Shown one piece after another: positions 20,011 to 29,919 of a stretch of DNA of 64,000 nucleotides. This stretch comes from Nanobdellota archaeon. GTDB lineage: Archaea > Nanobdellota > Nanobdellia > Pacearchaeales > GW2011-AR1. The notes beneath the pieces were generated by a model. The model did no database searches. It was given only the letters and a program-made list of their open reading frames with translations, and had not been told where the DNA came from. The stretch is from assembly GCA_030647125.1 (NCBI GenBank), contig JAUSKC010000013.1:2249-66248 (forward strand). The letters are read 5' to 3'. The position numbers and the translations under genes are program-made. Positions within the stretch are counted from its first letter, which is position 1; every line of letters begins with the position of its first letter.

Positions 20011-21519
20011 TTATTTCAATAACTTTTCAATAATCTGCATCGCATCTTTCCCAGAAATCTTGCCTTTAAACTCTTTCATCACCAAACCCATATAAGCATT
20101 AGCATTCAATCCTGGCTTGCTCTTTATTATCTTATGAATTTTCTCTTCAACATATTCAGTATTAATCTTCTAAATTTTTAATGCATCCTCCAAACTTTCA
20201 CCAGAAACAATTTTCTCAAAAACATTCCGAACATCGCTTTCCTCAAGTTTCCCTTCTCTAACTTTCTCCAAGACATCAGAAATAACTTCTTTACCAAATT
20301 TCTTTTCAACATCGAACTCGTTTAAATTTTCCCTCACAGCAATTTCCGTCGGAAGAACAAGCAAAACCTTGGCAACAAAATTTGCATTAGGATAAATCTT
20401 CATCAACTCTCCAAACTCTTTAACTTGATTTCTCTTGAAAAGCAATTTAATCATTTCCTCATTAAGTCCTTCCCGTCTTAAGTCCTCTTCAATTTCCACT
20501 TTTAATTTAGGCAACGTCTTCTTTGCTTCATTAATCAAATCCCTATGTATCTTTAACAAAGGTAAATCCGTTTCAGGATACATACGAGCAGCCCCGGGCA
20601 TTGGCCTTAAAAATTCACTCGTTCCGTCTGGCAAAGCGCGTCGCACTTCAGAAACAACTTTCATTTTTCCAAGAATTAATCTTTCTTGTCTTTCAATTTC
20701 TTTGTTAACAGTAGTAATCATCATTGAAGGATCTTGAAAACCTTTTATTTCAATTCGTGCGCCTTTTGAAATAGAAACATTAACATCTTGTCTTATAGTT
20801 CCAATTCCTCTTTTAACTTTACACGAACGTAAAATCTCTCCAATTTTTAGCGCAGCTTCACGAACTTGCGCAGCACTTTTCAAATCCGGCGCGGTAGCAA
20901 TTTCAACTAAAGGAATTCCCAATCTATCTAACCTATAACGCACTTCTTTCTCATTTTCAAAGATCTTTCGCGCAGAGTCCTCTTCCAAACAAATTGTGTC
21001 AATTCTAACTTTTCCTTCAGACGTTTCAATATAACCATCACGAGCAATTAAAACCGTCCTTTGAAATCCGGAAGTGTTAGAACCATCAACAACTGTCTTT
21101 CTCATAATTTGTGTCAATGTCTGTATCTCACAATTCAAAAGCAAAGCAATTTGCAACGCAATTTTGAGCGCCTCTTCATTAATTTGATACGGCGGCTCTT
21201 CATCTAATTCAACCAGCGACGTCGTTCCAGAATGAACTTCATAAACAAACTCTTTATCTAAAGAAACTTGATAGAGTGCAGCTTCATCAACTTCACCAGA
21301 TTCTCCAGCAACGGCATGAAGTTTTCTCCTTACAAGATAATTCGGCTCATCACTTCTCAAAATGGAAGGCGCACGAGAAAATAATTTATGAGTGTCAAGT
21401 TGCTGATGAATTTCTAGCCCTGCTTTAAAACCGAGATTTTTATAATCGAGGTTTTTTGCTGAAAAATCTTTTGATTTTTCTTGCTTAAAACCTAATTTAG
21501 TATAATCTTCTTTATCCAT
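20011..21519 (-). CDS. gatE: Glu-tRNA(Gln) amidotransferase subunit E with in-frame TAG at 20170..20172 (C-terminal tail continues to 20011)
   Basis: N-terminal LGFKAGLEIHQQLDTHKLF matches GatE; after ...EDALKI-TAG the same frame continues KINTEYVEEKIHKIIKSKPGLNANAYMGLVMKEFKGKISGKDAMQIIEKLLK, i.e. the conserved GatB/YqeY-type tail. Confidence 0.8.
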
Positions 21520-21550
21520 AATAAAAAGAAAATAAAAGAATTAATAAAAG

Positions 21551-22129
21551 TTACTTATGAGCATCTAACCCTAAATAAGTAACCAATCCGCCATTCTCTC
21601 CTCTAAAAAACTGTACATCATCAAAAAGTAAATGCATAGTAGATAATCCTAATCCTTGATTTTCAGGATAAGGTCGGGATTTATCAGAAAATTTATAAAA
21701 ACTTGTAATTAAAGGATAAGTCGATTGTCTAAACCTTAATATATACGGAACAAAGTCCTGATTAATTACTCCTCCTTCATCTCCAATAAGAAATAATGCA
21801 GAATCTTCAGAAATTTTGGAAGCAAGGAGAATTTTCTTAGTTTTATCTTTGTGATTTCCATGTTGGTATGCATTCCTTACAGCTTCATGAACTCCTGCAA
21901 GAATCTTTCGTGGAAATCTCTGATCTCTAAGCCCATCTCCAAATTGATAACTATGTGAATATAATCCTTTTTCAGAAGAGGGATAAAAAGATTTATCCTC
22001 AAAATCAGGTGAGATAACTATAGGTGGAATTTTAAGTTGTGATAAAATAACATCTTTAGTAAACATTTCTCTAACTAAAGAATTCCTAAAATCTAAATTC
22101 AAAAGTTCATTATCATGAATATGTCTCAT
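21551..22129 (-). CDS. stand-alone GHKL/HATPase_c-like ATP-binding protein
   Basis: N-box HEAVRNAYQHGN, G1 IGDEGGV, G2 NQGLGLSTM in order. Confidence 0.5.
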   Translation of the reverse strand: MRHIHDNELLNLDFRNSLVREMFTKDVILSQLKIPPIVISPDFEDKSFYPSSEKGLYSHSYQFGDGLRDQRFPRKILAGVHEAVRNAYQHGNHKDKTKKILLASKISEDSALFLIGDEGGVINQDFVPYILRFRQSTYPLITSFYKFSDKSRPYPENQGLGLSTMHLLFDDVQFFRGENGGLVTYLGLDAHK

Positions 22130-22218
22130 AATAAAATAACTATTTCACATCTTAAAAACCTTTCTAAAGTAACCCCTTATAAGTTACAACCAAACACGAA
22201 GAATCAAAGAATCAAAAA

Positions 22219-23502
22219 TCACCCTTCAAGCATTTTATTAAACTCATGAGCAAAGTTATGAAGCATTTTCTCTTTTACAACTTCTTTGCTTTTTGCCCAC
22301 TCACTATGCCCTAAAATCCATCCTAATTTTACCAAGGCCGCTTCACTCAACATGTCTTCAAGGTAAATTATTCCTGTCTCCAAAAGTTCTCTTCCATTAC
22401 TATATACTAAAGGATCAACTCGGCCGTTAATGCACTGTGATGTCGCACAAACCACAATTTTTTTCTGAACTTCTTTTAACTTTTTAGTCCATCCATGTCT
22501 TGCTCTTGATGTAGGCGCGTGACCAAGACCAGACATTTCAAGAACTAAGCCTTTGTAACCATTTTTAACATAATAATCTAGGACGTTGGCCTCTTGTCCA
22601 GGATAAATTTTCAAAAGCCCAACTTTCTCTTCAAATTTATTATCAACCTTAACTTTGCTATTATTTCTCCTATTAAAATTACTCATAATTTCAATTCCAT
22701 CTTGAGTAACTTTAGCAAATGGTTTCCCGTTAACAACTTTAAAGGCGTCCCTTCTTGAAGTATGCAACTTTCTTACTTTAGTTCCAGGCATAGCATAACA
22801 AAATTCATCACTTTCATTTGCATGTCCAACAAGCATAACTTCAGCAATCTCAGAAGTTGCAGCAACCGCAGCGCATACTAAATTTAAATTAGCGTCGCTG
22901 CTAGCACGATCAATTGACCTTTGTGAATAAGTTAATACAACTGGCTTGTTTAACTTCCCTAAGAAAAAACTCAAGGCCGCGGAAGTATAATGCAAAAAGT
23001 CAGTCCCGTGAGTAATAATAACTCCTTGAATATTTGTATCATTTAATAATTCAGAAACAACTTTAGCAATTTTTTGCCAGTCCTTGTAATCCATGTCTTC
23101 TGAGGCCTTCATAAACGGTCGCTCCAAACGAAGAACGTTCACTTTATCAAAGATTCCTGGATAATATTTAAATAAACTTTCAGGTGTGTCAAGCCAATCA
23201 ACTCCTCCTTTCTTCGGATTTAAGCGAGCTGCAATTGTTCCTCCAGTAATTACCATAGCAATATTTGGCTTTCCACTTGACTTTTTCAATTCAACTTTTT
23301 CTTCAGCATCGCGCGCTTTTTCAACAAGTTTAATCTCCAAAATTTCTTTTCTCGGAAAGCCAATATTATACCCATTTCCAAGCTTAAGCAAAACAATATT
23401 CTTGTCAGACTCGGGCGATTCAATCAAAGTCCCTTCATAAATTTCTTTAACGAAGTGAATTTCAACTTCGTCCCCTGCCTTAATTCCAGAATCAATTTTC
23501 AT
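22219..23502 (-). CDS. gatD: Glu-tRNA(Gln) amidotransferase subunit D (asparaginase-like)
   Basis: Asparaginase-type motifs VITGGTIA, VIITHGTD; start moved to internal MKIDSGIKAGDEV (cat at 23500..23502) since the upstream 12 codons are hydrophobic junk. Confidence 0.85.
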   Translation of the reverse strand: MKIDSGIKAGDEVEIHFVKEIYEGTLIESPESDKNIVLLKLGNGYNIGFPRKEILEIKLVEKARDAEEKVELKKSSGKPNIAMVITGGTIAARLNPKKGGVDWLDTPESLFKYYPGIFDKVNVLRLERPFMKASEDMDYKDWQKIAKVVSELLNDTNIQGVIITHGTDFLHYTSAALSFFLGKLNKPVVLTYSQRSIDRASSDANLNLVCAAVAATSEIAEVMLVGHANESDEFCYAMPGTKVRKLHTSRRDAFKVVNGKPFAKVTQDGIEIMSNFNRRNNSKVKVDNKFEEKVGLLKIYPGQEANVLDYYVKNGYKGLVLEMSGLGHAPTSRARHGWTKKLKEVQKKIVVCATSQCINGRVDPLVYSNGRELLETGIIYLEDMLSEAALVKLGWILGHSEWAKSKEVVKEKMLHNFAHEFNKMLEG

Positions 23503-23642
23503 ATCCAAAACAAAAATTCCAACTATAAAAAGTTTCATCTTTAATGTTTCTTCAATATTTCTTCAATGCCAAATCAGAATAGTTACTCCGTGTAAGTAAC
23601 TACAATAGAAACATTTATAAATGCCTAAAACGGGAAATAAAC

Positions 23643-23987
23643 ATGACAAACATAGGAAAAGGAATCACAGGTGGATTAGTATTAGCTTTGCTATCAGTTG
23701 GAACATTCTCTTTAGTAAAAGGAACTGAAATGGCTTCAGAAAGACAAGCAAGATCAGAATTAAGAGAAGTAATTGACACTCCAGAGGAAAGGGTAAGATT
23801 AGCAACAATGTTGGAAAATCAACCAGAAACATGGTATGTCTTAAACAAATTAAAAAAACAATATCCTTCTCTAAAAAATTCTGACCAGAATAGAATAGTT
23901 TACGAATTGGACCAATTAAGAAATTATGATTTAGGAAAAATGAATCAAGATGACTACAATGTTCATGTAGCTGCAAGAGATTTTTAA
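23643..23987 (+). CDS. hypothetical protein with N-terminal signal/anchor
   Basis: 114-aa ORF, N-terminal hydrophobic segment. Confidence 0.3.
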   Translation: MTNIGKGITGGLVLALLSVGTFSLVKGTEMASERQARSELREVIDTPEERVRLATMLENQPETWYVLNKLKKQYPSLKNSDQNRIVYELDQLRNYDLGKMNQDDYNVHVAARDF

Positions 23988-24028
23988 TCCCTAAAAACCT
24001 TAATAAATCCTTTTTATCTTTCTAATTA

Positions 24029-25384
24029 ATGGTTAAGATTGGTTTGGAAATTCACGGTTATCTTGAAACAAAAGAAAAATTATTCTGTTCGTGTGTTGCC
24101 GAGCACGGAGCAAAATTCTCAAAACCAAATACAAACATATGTCCAATATGTACCGGACAACCCGGAAGCAAACCAATGTTACCAAACGCGGCAGCAATAG
24201 ACAAAGCAATTCAAATTGCATTAATTTTAAACTGCAAAATAAATGAAAAATTAATCTGGCAAAGAAAACATTACTCTTGGCCTGATCTGCCAAAAGGTTA
24301 TCAAAATACTTTATCCGGTCCTCATGCATTCCCTATAGGTATTAACGGAAAATTTGAAGGAATAAAAATTACTGAAGTTCATCTTGAAGAAGACCCTGCT
24401 GCTTGGAATCCAAAAACTGGAGAAATCGATTACAATCGTTCCGGCTCTCCATTAATAGAAATTGTTACAGAACCTGACTTCACATCCTCATCACAAGTTG
24501 TTGAATGGTTGATAACTCTAAAATCAACTTTGTCTTACATAAAAGCTTTGGACCGTTCTTCCGGACTAAAAGCAGATGTAAACGTTTCCATAAGCGGCGG
24601 AGCAAGAGTTGAAATAAAGAATGTAAATTCTATTTCAAACATAAAAACCGCTATAGAGCATGAACTCGCGCGTCAAGAACGTTCTCTTCCAAAAAAACAA
24701 GAAACACGCGCATTTAATGAGTTAGACAACACTACGACCCACATGCGTTTTAAAGAAGAAGCAGAGGATTATCGTTTCATTTCAGATCCCGACTTGCCTA
24801 TAATAAAAATAGATTCTAAAACAATAAAAAGAATAAAAGAAAATCTTCCAGAGACACCAAAAGAAAAATTAAACAAATTAATAAAAAAATACAAGATACC
24901 AAAGGACTCAACAGAGGTTTTGACAAAGAATTTGGACATGGTTGAATTATTTGAAATCGTCTCCTCCCGTATTTCACCACAACTGGCCTTAAATTGGATA
25001 ACCATAGAACTTCAAAGGGTTTTAAATTACAATAAGAAACTTTTGGATGAAGTTGAAATTATCCCCGAACATATTATAGAACTTTTAGAGTTAGTTCAAA
25101 CTAAGAAAATAACTGAATTAAAAGCAAAAGAAATCTTGAATAAGTTCGTCCCAAAATCCTTTTCACCACTTTCAGAAGCAACAAAAAACGCTACAATTTC
25201 AGATGAGAAAGAAATAGAAAAGATTGCATTAAAAGTAATTTCCGAAAACAAAAAAGCTGTTAATGATTACAAAGCAGGCGAAGAAAAAGCAATTAATTTC
25301 TTAATAGGCCAAGTCATGCGCATCTCAAACAAGCGCGCGGACTTTGCAACAGCAAAAAGAATTCTAGAAAAGAACTTAAAATAA
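24029..25384 (+). CDS. gatB: Asp/Glu-tRNA amidotransferase subunit B
   Basis: IGLEIHGYLETKEKLFCSC start; complete C-terminal helical tail ...INFLIGQVMRISNKRADFATAKRILEKNLK. Confidence 0.85.
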   Translation: MVKIGLEIHGYLETKEKLFCSCVAEHGAKFSKPNTNICPICTGQPGSKPMLPNAAAIDKAIQIALILNCKINEKLIWQRKHYSWPDLPKGYQNTLSGPHAFPIGINGKFEGIKITEVHLEEDPAAWNPKTGEIDYNRSGSPLIEIVTEPDFTSSSQVVEWLITLKSTLSYIKALDRSSGLKADVNVSISGGARVEIKNVNSISNIKTAIEHELARQERSLPKKQETRAFNELDNTTTHMRFKEEAEDYRFISDPDLPIIKIDSKTIKRIKENLPETPKEKLNKLIKKYKIPKDSTEVLTKNLDMVELFEIVSSRISPQLALNWITIELQRVLNYNKKLLDEVEIIPEHIIELLELVQTKKITELKAKEILNKFVPKSFSPLSEATKNATISDEKEIEKIALKVISENKKAVNDYKAGEEKAINFLIGQVMRISNKRADFATAKRILEKNLK

Positions 25385-26533
25385 TTAAACCAACTTTAAA
25401 ATATTCAATAATTCATAAACAACCCCCGAAACAAAAATCAATCCTATAATCCATAAAATTATAGAAGGAATTTTAAGTTCATACTCTGGTTTTCTATTCC
25501 CTTTTTTGCGCGCACGCGCAAACATTAGCAAAATCAAAATCCCAATAGAACCCCCGGAAATTACTCCTCCAATAGATAAAATCTTAATAAAAGAATCAAA
25601 TCCTATAAAATTCAAAAAGATAAAAAGAACCAAAGGCAAAAGTGTAACATAAAGCCACGACTTTTTCCAACTCTCTCCGTAATCCAATCCAAACATATCT
25701 TTCAAGGCCACAGACAAAGCAACATATGAAGTCCCCATAGTTACAATTCCAAGAAGAACAACAAACTTCCCTAATGAAAAAGTGGATATTTCACTTACAT
25801 CATTTCCATAAACTCCGACGATAACAAAAGAAAAGACTGTATAAACAATCATTGCAATAACCAAACCTAATATTAAAGATCTCTTTACTAATCTTTCACT
25901 GCCTTTCAAATGCCTTTCAACTTCAGGCATGGCAGTAAAACCAAGATAAGAAAAAAGAACAACCCCAAAAGGAACAAAAAAATTGTTAAAATAAATTGGC
26001 TTAAAATTATCAAAATCAACTCTCGGAAGATTAATCAAAGAAACTATCACAATCAATCCTAAAAATACTATTGAGCCATAATCCAAGAATTTTTTCATTT
26101 CCCTGACTCCATGAGAAATTATAAAAAACATAAAAACCCAAAGTCCTATTCCGAAAAACAAAACATACTTTACTTCCCCAAAGAAAAGAAAGCTTAATGA
26201 TTCGCTGACTCCAAAAAGATAAGCCAAAACCGCGGAATAAACTTCAAAAAGCAAAGCATAAAACATAAAGATTTTCCCTTTGCTTCCCAAATAAATGCTT
26301 GCATAGCCAGTAAGCTGATGCTCTCCTTTTGTTCTCAAAGAAACTTCACCAAGCATTAAAAACAAAAACAAAACCATTAAACCAACAAAAAGAATATAAA
26401 ACATTCCTATAGCAAAGCCAGATTTAACAATTACTGAAGGAATTCCAAGGAAACCTGCACCAATCACAGTTCCAATCATAATTGCTACCGCTGTAAATGT
26501 CTTTTTGAAATCACTCTTTTGTTCCATCTTCAT
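25385..26533 (-). CDS. polytopic transporter (amino-acid/polyamine permease-like)
   Basis: ~11 hydrophobic helices, AIMIGTVIGAGFLGIP motif; start trimmed to MKMEQ (cat at 26531..26533) because the annotated N-terminus overlaps a tRNA gene. Confidence 0.5.
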   Translation of the reverse strand: MKMEQKSDFKKTFTAVAIMIGTVIGAGFLGIPSVIVKSGFAIGMFYILFVGLMVLFLFLMLGEVSLRTKGEHQLTGYASIYLGSKGKIFMFYALLFEVYSAVLAYLFGVSESLSFLFFGEVKYVLFFGIGLWVFMFFIISHGVREMKKFLDYGSIVFLGLIVIVSLINLPRVDFDNFKPIYFNNFFVPFGVVLFSYLGFTAMPEVERHLKGSERLVKRSLILGLVIAMIVYTVFSFVIVGVYGNDVSEISTFSLGKFVVLLGIVTMGTSYVALSVALKDMFGLDYGESWKKSWLYVTLLPLVLFIFLNFIGFDSFIKILSIGGVISGGSIGILILLMFARARKKGNRKPEYELKIPSIILWIIGLIFVSGVVYELLNILKLV

Positions 26534-26535
26534 AA

Positions 26536-26607
26536 CGAGCCCGGGAGGAATCGAACCCCCATCATCAGGGCCGAAACCTGACATTCTATCCGTTAAACTA
26601 CGGGCCC
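26536..26607 (-). tRNA. tRNA-Arg(TCG)
   Basis: 72-nt cloverleaf on minus strand: acceptor GGGCCCG/CGGGCTC, anticodon stem TCAGG/CCTGA, loop TTTCGGC, T-loop TTCGATT. Confidence 0.8.
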
Positions 26608-26807
26608 TTGCAAAAACCAAAAATCTAAACTTTTTAATGTTTGAGGTTTAAGATATTAATAAAATAAACTTGGTCTTTGTAAATATTATCTTTAATAAAA
26701 AAAGAGGTGATAATTATCATTGGGATGAATAATTGGGGAGTGGAAGGGGGGATAAGTAAAACAAAATTATTCACATAATTTTTATACCCATATTTCTTCA
26801 TTAATAA

Positions 26808-27665
26808 ATGGCCTTGAAAAAACATCACAAAATTCTTATTGGAAGTTTCACAACAATTGTAATTATCTTTATGATCGCTTCCGGAATTTTAATTTACATG
26901 CTTTACTCTGACTTAAACATTAAATATAATGAAATAAATCAGAATATTGAATCTTACCAATTATTAACAACATCCCAAATAAATGAGCTTACAAAAAATA
27001 TTCAGCAAACCCAGTTATCTGTCTCATCTATAAATCAAACTTTTAACAATCAAATTGATTTGTTAAGGGCCTCTACAAGTTCCGACTTTTCAAAAATAAT
27101 TGGAGAGGCAGTTAAATCAGTTGTAACAGTAAGAACAGACGTCGCTCAAGCGACAGGATTTATAATTGATGAAAGTGGCTATGTAGTTACAAATGCGCAC
27201 GTTCTCTCGGGAGGCCATCAACTAATGACTATTGACTACAATCAGCAAGAAAGAACCACAAGATTAATTGGTTACGATAAAGATTTGGACATTGCTTTGC
27301 TTAAACTTCCAAAAGGAGATTATGATTACTTAACTCTCGCCGATTCTGATCAAGTGGAAGTTGGACAAAAAGTTATTGCAATAGGAAATCCTTTGGGCTT
27401 GCAATTCTCTGTTTCAGAAGGAATTGTCTCAGCAGTAAATAGACAAGGTAGCAATGCCTTAGATGCATACATACAAACCGATGCCGCATTAAATCCTGGA
27501 AATTCAGGCGGTCCGCTAATTGACTCAAACGGTGAAGTCATAGGAATCAACAATTTTAAAATATCATCAGGAGAATCATTAGGTTTTTCATTAGAATCAA
27601 ACTACATAAAAGAAGCAGTAAATCGAATAGCGCAGCAACAATTAAATCAAACTTTAATTAACTAA
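26808..27665 (+). CDS. membrane-anchored trypsin-like (S1C/HtrA-type) serine protease
   Basis: N-terminal TM; catalytic triad contexts TNAHVL, DIALLKL, GNSGGPL. Confidence 0.8.
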   Translation: MALKKHHKILIGSFTTIVIIFMIASGILIYMLYSDLNIKYNEINQNIESYQLLTTSQINELTKNIQQTQLSVSSINQTFNNQIDLLRASTSSDFSKIIGEAVKSVVTVRTDVAQATGFIIDESGYVVTNAHVLSGGHQLMTIDYNQQERTTRLIGYDKDLDIALLKLPKGDYDYLTLADSDQVEVGQKVIAIGNPLGLQFSVSEGIVSAVNRQGSNALDAYIQTDAALNPGNSGGPLIDSNGEVIGINNFKISSGESLGFSLESNYIKEAVNRIAQQQLNQTLIN

Positions 27666-27710
27666 AAATTTAAAAACCACATAATTCTAAAAACCAAATG
27701 GAGAGCAAAA

Positions 27711-28022
27711 TTGCTGGTCAAACAAGGCCTGATTATATTCCTTGTCGAATACGCGCGTTTATCTAGTTCTAGCTCAATAAAAGAAGCGATAGAATCAATA
27801 TTTTCAATTGCAGTGTATGATTATTTAGGAAGTCACGCCAACGAACTTGATGGAGAAAAATCGCGACTTGAAGCAATTGCACAAGAATTCTTAAAACTTG
27901 AAGAAAGAACAGAAACTAGGAAATTAATACTTGAAATAACTAAAGGAAAACATAAGAAATTATACCAAAAACTCAAACCCTTTTTACTTCCTTTGATATA
28001 CGAAGACAGAAATAAAGATTAA
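27711..28022 (+). CDS. hypothetical protein
   Basis: 103-aa ORF preceding proS. Confidence 0.25.
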   Translation: MLVKQGLIIFLVEYARLSSSSSIKEAIESIFSIAVYDYLGSHANELDGEKSRLEAIAQEFLKLEERTETRKLILEITKGKHKKLYQKLKPFLLPLIYEDRNKD

Positions 28023-28052
28023 TTTTAAATAAGAACAAAACATAGCAAGACA

Positions 28053-29474
28053 ATGAAAAAAGAAACACAAGGAATAACTGTAAAAAAAGAAAACCTTGTT
28101 GATTGGTATTCTGAAGTTGTTCAAAAAGCTGAGCTCGCTGATTACGCACCAATAAAGGGCTTCATGATTATAAGGCCAAATGCATATTCAATATGGCAAA
28201 ACATTCAAGATTATTTTAATAAAGTCTTAGAAAAAAAAGGAGTAAGAAATGCTTACTTTCCTCTTTTAATCCCAGAATCATTTTTTAAAAAAGAAGCAAA
28301 ACATGCAGAGGGTTTTAATCCAGAACTAGCTTACATTAAAAATACCGACGAAGGGGAGAAACTTGCCTTGCGCCCAACTTCTGAAACTATCATGTATGAT
28401 TCATATTCAAAATGGATTCGTTCCTGGAGAGACCTACCATTAAAAATTAATCAATGGTGTAACGTCATTCGCTGGGAAGTTAAACAAACAAAACCTTTCT
28501 TAAGAACTCGTGAATTCTTATGGCAGGAAGGACATTGTGTTTTTTCAACCGAAAACGAAGCGGAAGAAAATATGAATGAAATGGCTGAAGAATATAAAAA
28601 AATGGTAGAAGAAATTTTAGCAATTCCTGTTTTAATTGGTAAGAAATCTGAAGGAGAAAAATTTGCAGGGGCGCAAACAACAATGACAATAGAATCCTTA
28701 ATGCCCGACGGAAAGGCCTTGCAAATGGGCACCTCTCATAATTTAGGACAAAACTTTGCAAAGGCCTTCAATGTAAAATTCAAAGACCAAAATGAAAAAG
28801 AACAATACGGATGGCAAACATCATGGGGATTTTCAACCAGACTTATTGGCGCATTAACAATGGTGCATGGCGACGATAAAGGCCTTGTCCTGCCTCCAAA
28901 GATTGCACATAATAAATTAGTAATAATTCCAATACTATTCGACAAAACATCTGAAAAGGTCTTGAAGAAATCAAAAGAAATAGAAAAGAAACTAGCAAAA
29001 TTCAATCCAATAGCTGATTACAGAACTGATTACTCTCCTGGTTGGAAATATCATGAATGGGAAATGAAAGGAATTCCATTAAGAATAGAAATAGGCCCTA
29101 ATGACTTAGCAAAAAAACAAGTTGTTATAGTAAGACGCGATACAAATGAAAAGATCTCAGTTCCAGAAAAGAATATAGAAAAAGAAGTTCCAAAACTTCT
29201 TGATGAAATTCAGAAAAACTTATTTAACAAAGCAAAGAAATTCCTTGACTCAAGAATTGACAAGGCAGAAACATTAAAAGAGCTAAAAGAAAAAATTAAA
29301 TTAGGAAAAATAGTAAAGGCATATTTCATAGACGATGGCAAAACCGAAGATTACATAAAAGAAGCAACAGAAGGATCTACATCCCGTCTTATTGAATTTT
29401 CAAAAACAGCAGGAATATGCATTCACACCGGCCAAAAAACAAACACTATAGGTTATTTCTCAAAATCATATTAG
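28053..29474 (+). CDS. proS: prolyl-tRNA synthetase (archaeal/eukaryotic type)
   Basis: Class II motifs, WQEGHCVF, C-terminal zinc-binding-domain-like tail. Confidence 0.9.
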   Translation: MKKETQGITVKKENLVDWYSEVVQKAELADYAPIKGFMIIRPNAYSIWQNIQDYFNKVLEKKGVRNAYFPLLIPESFFKKEAKHAEGFNPELAYIKNTDEGEKLALRPTSETIMYDSYSKWIRSWRDLPLKINQWCNVIRWEVKQTKPFLRTREFLWQEGHCVFSTENEAEENMNEMAEEYKKMVEEILAIPVLIGKKSEGEKFAGAQTTMTIESLMPDGKALQMGTSHNLGQNFAKAFNVKFKDQNEKEQYGWQTSWGFSTRLIGALTMVHGDDKGLVLPPKIAHNKLVIIPILFDKTSEKVLKKSKEIEKKLAKFNPIADYRTDYSPGWKYHEWEMKGIPLRIEIGPNDLAKKQVVIVRRDTNEKISVPEKNIEKEVPKLLDEIQKNLFNKAKKFLDSRIDKAETLKELKEKIKLGKIVKAYFIDDGKTEDYIKEATEGSTSRLIEFSKTAGICIHTGQKTNTIGYFSKSY

Positions 29475-29919
29475 CACACAAAACCCTTTAACATAACACT
29501 CGTTATTGAAATAACGAGGACGTTCCTCATTCAGCTAATCTTTACCGTGACCGTTCAAAGTCAAAACCAAGTCGTGCTCCATTCTAAGAGTCACTTCCAA
29601 AAGCCGGTTCAATTCTCTTTCAACAGCTGTTCTTTCTTGTGTTTCCATTTCTTCTTTTTCCATTTTCAGGTTTTTCCATATCCCTTGATGGAATAAAATT
29701 TCTCTGAATTAAGCTAGAATCTTTCCTCAACTTAATCCAGAATTTTATATCCGAACTAAATCAAGGTTGTTTTAATTTTAGGACAGACCAAGCTAAAGCC
29801 GACATACATATTCCATCTATGCGCCTTAAACTTAGCTTCCATAACAAGGATAAAACATTTCACTTTTTATACTTTTCCATAATTGATTAATTAGTATAGA
29901 GTAGTAAAAGAAATTTTCA

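Noticed and set aside
22219-23538. Upstream hydrophobic extension of GatD (MKLFIVGIFVLD)
   Set aside because: GatD homology begins at MKIDSGIKAGDEV. The 12 extra codons look like read-through of AT-rich upstream sequence; the start was moved to 23502.
25385-26620. Annotated N-terminus of the permease ORF (MVFARARSLTDRMSGFGPDDGGSIPPGLV...)
   Set aside because: These 29 codons are the reverse translation of tRNA-Arg(TCG) at 26536..26607; the start was moved to the MKMEQ methionine at 26531..26533.
29475-29919. RNase P RNA or SRP RNA in the ORF-free gap
   Set aside because: A GAACCGGCTT-like stretch is present, but no complementary AAGUCCGG-type P4 partner and no CR-I GGAAAGUCCGG were found on either strand. 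No SRP helix-8 GNAR/GGAA tetraloop-bulge pattern. Left as an unclassified candidate.
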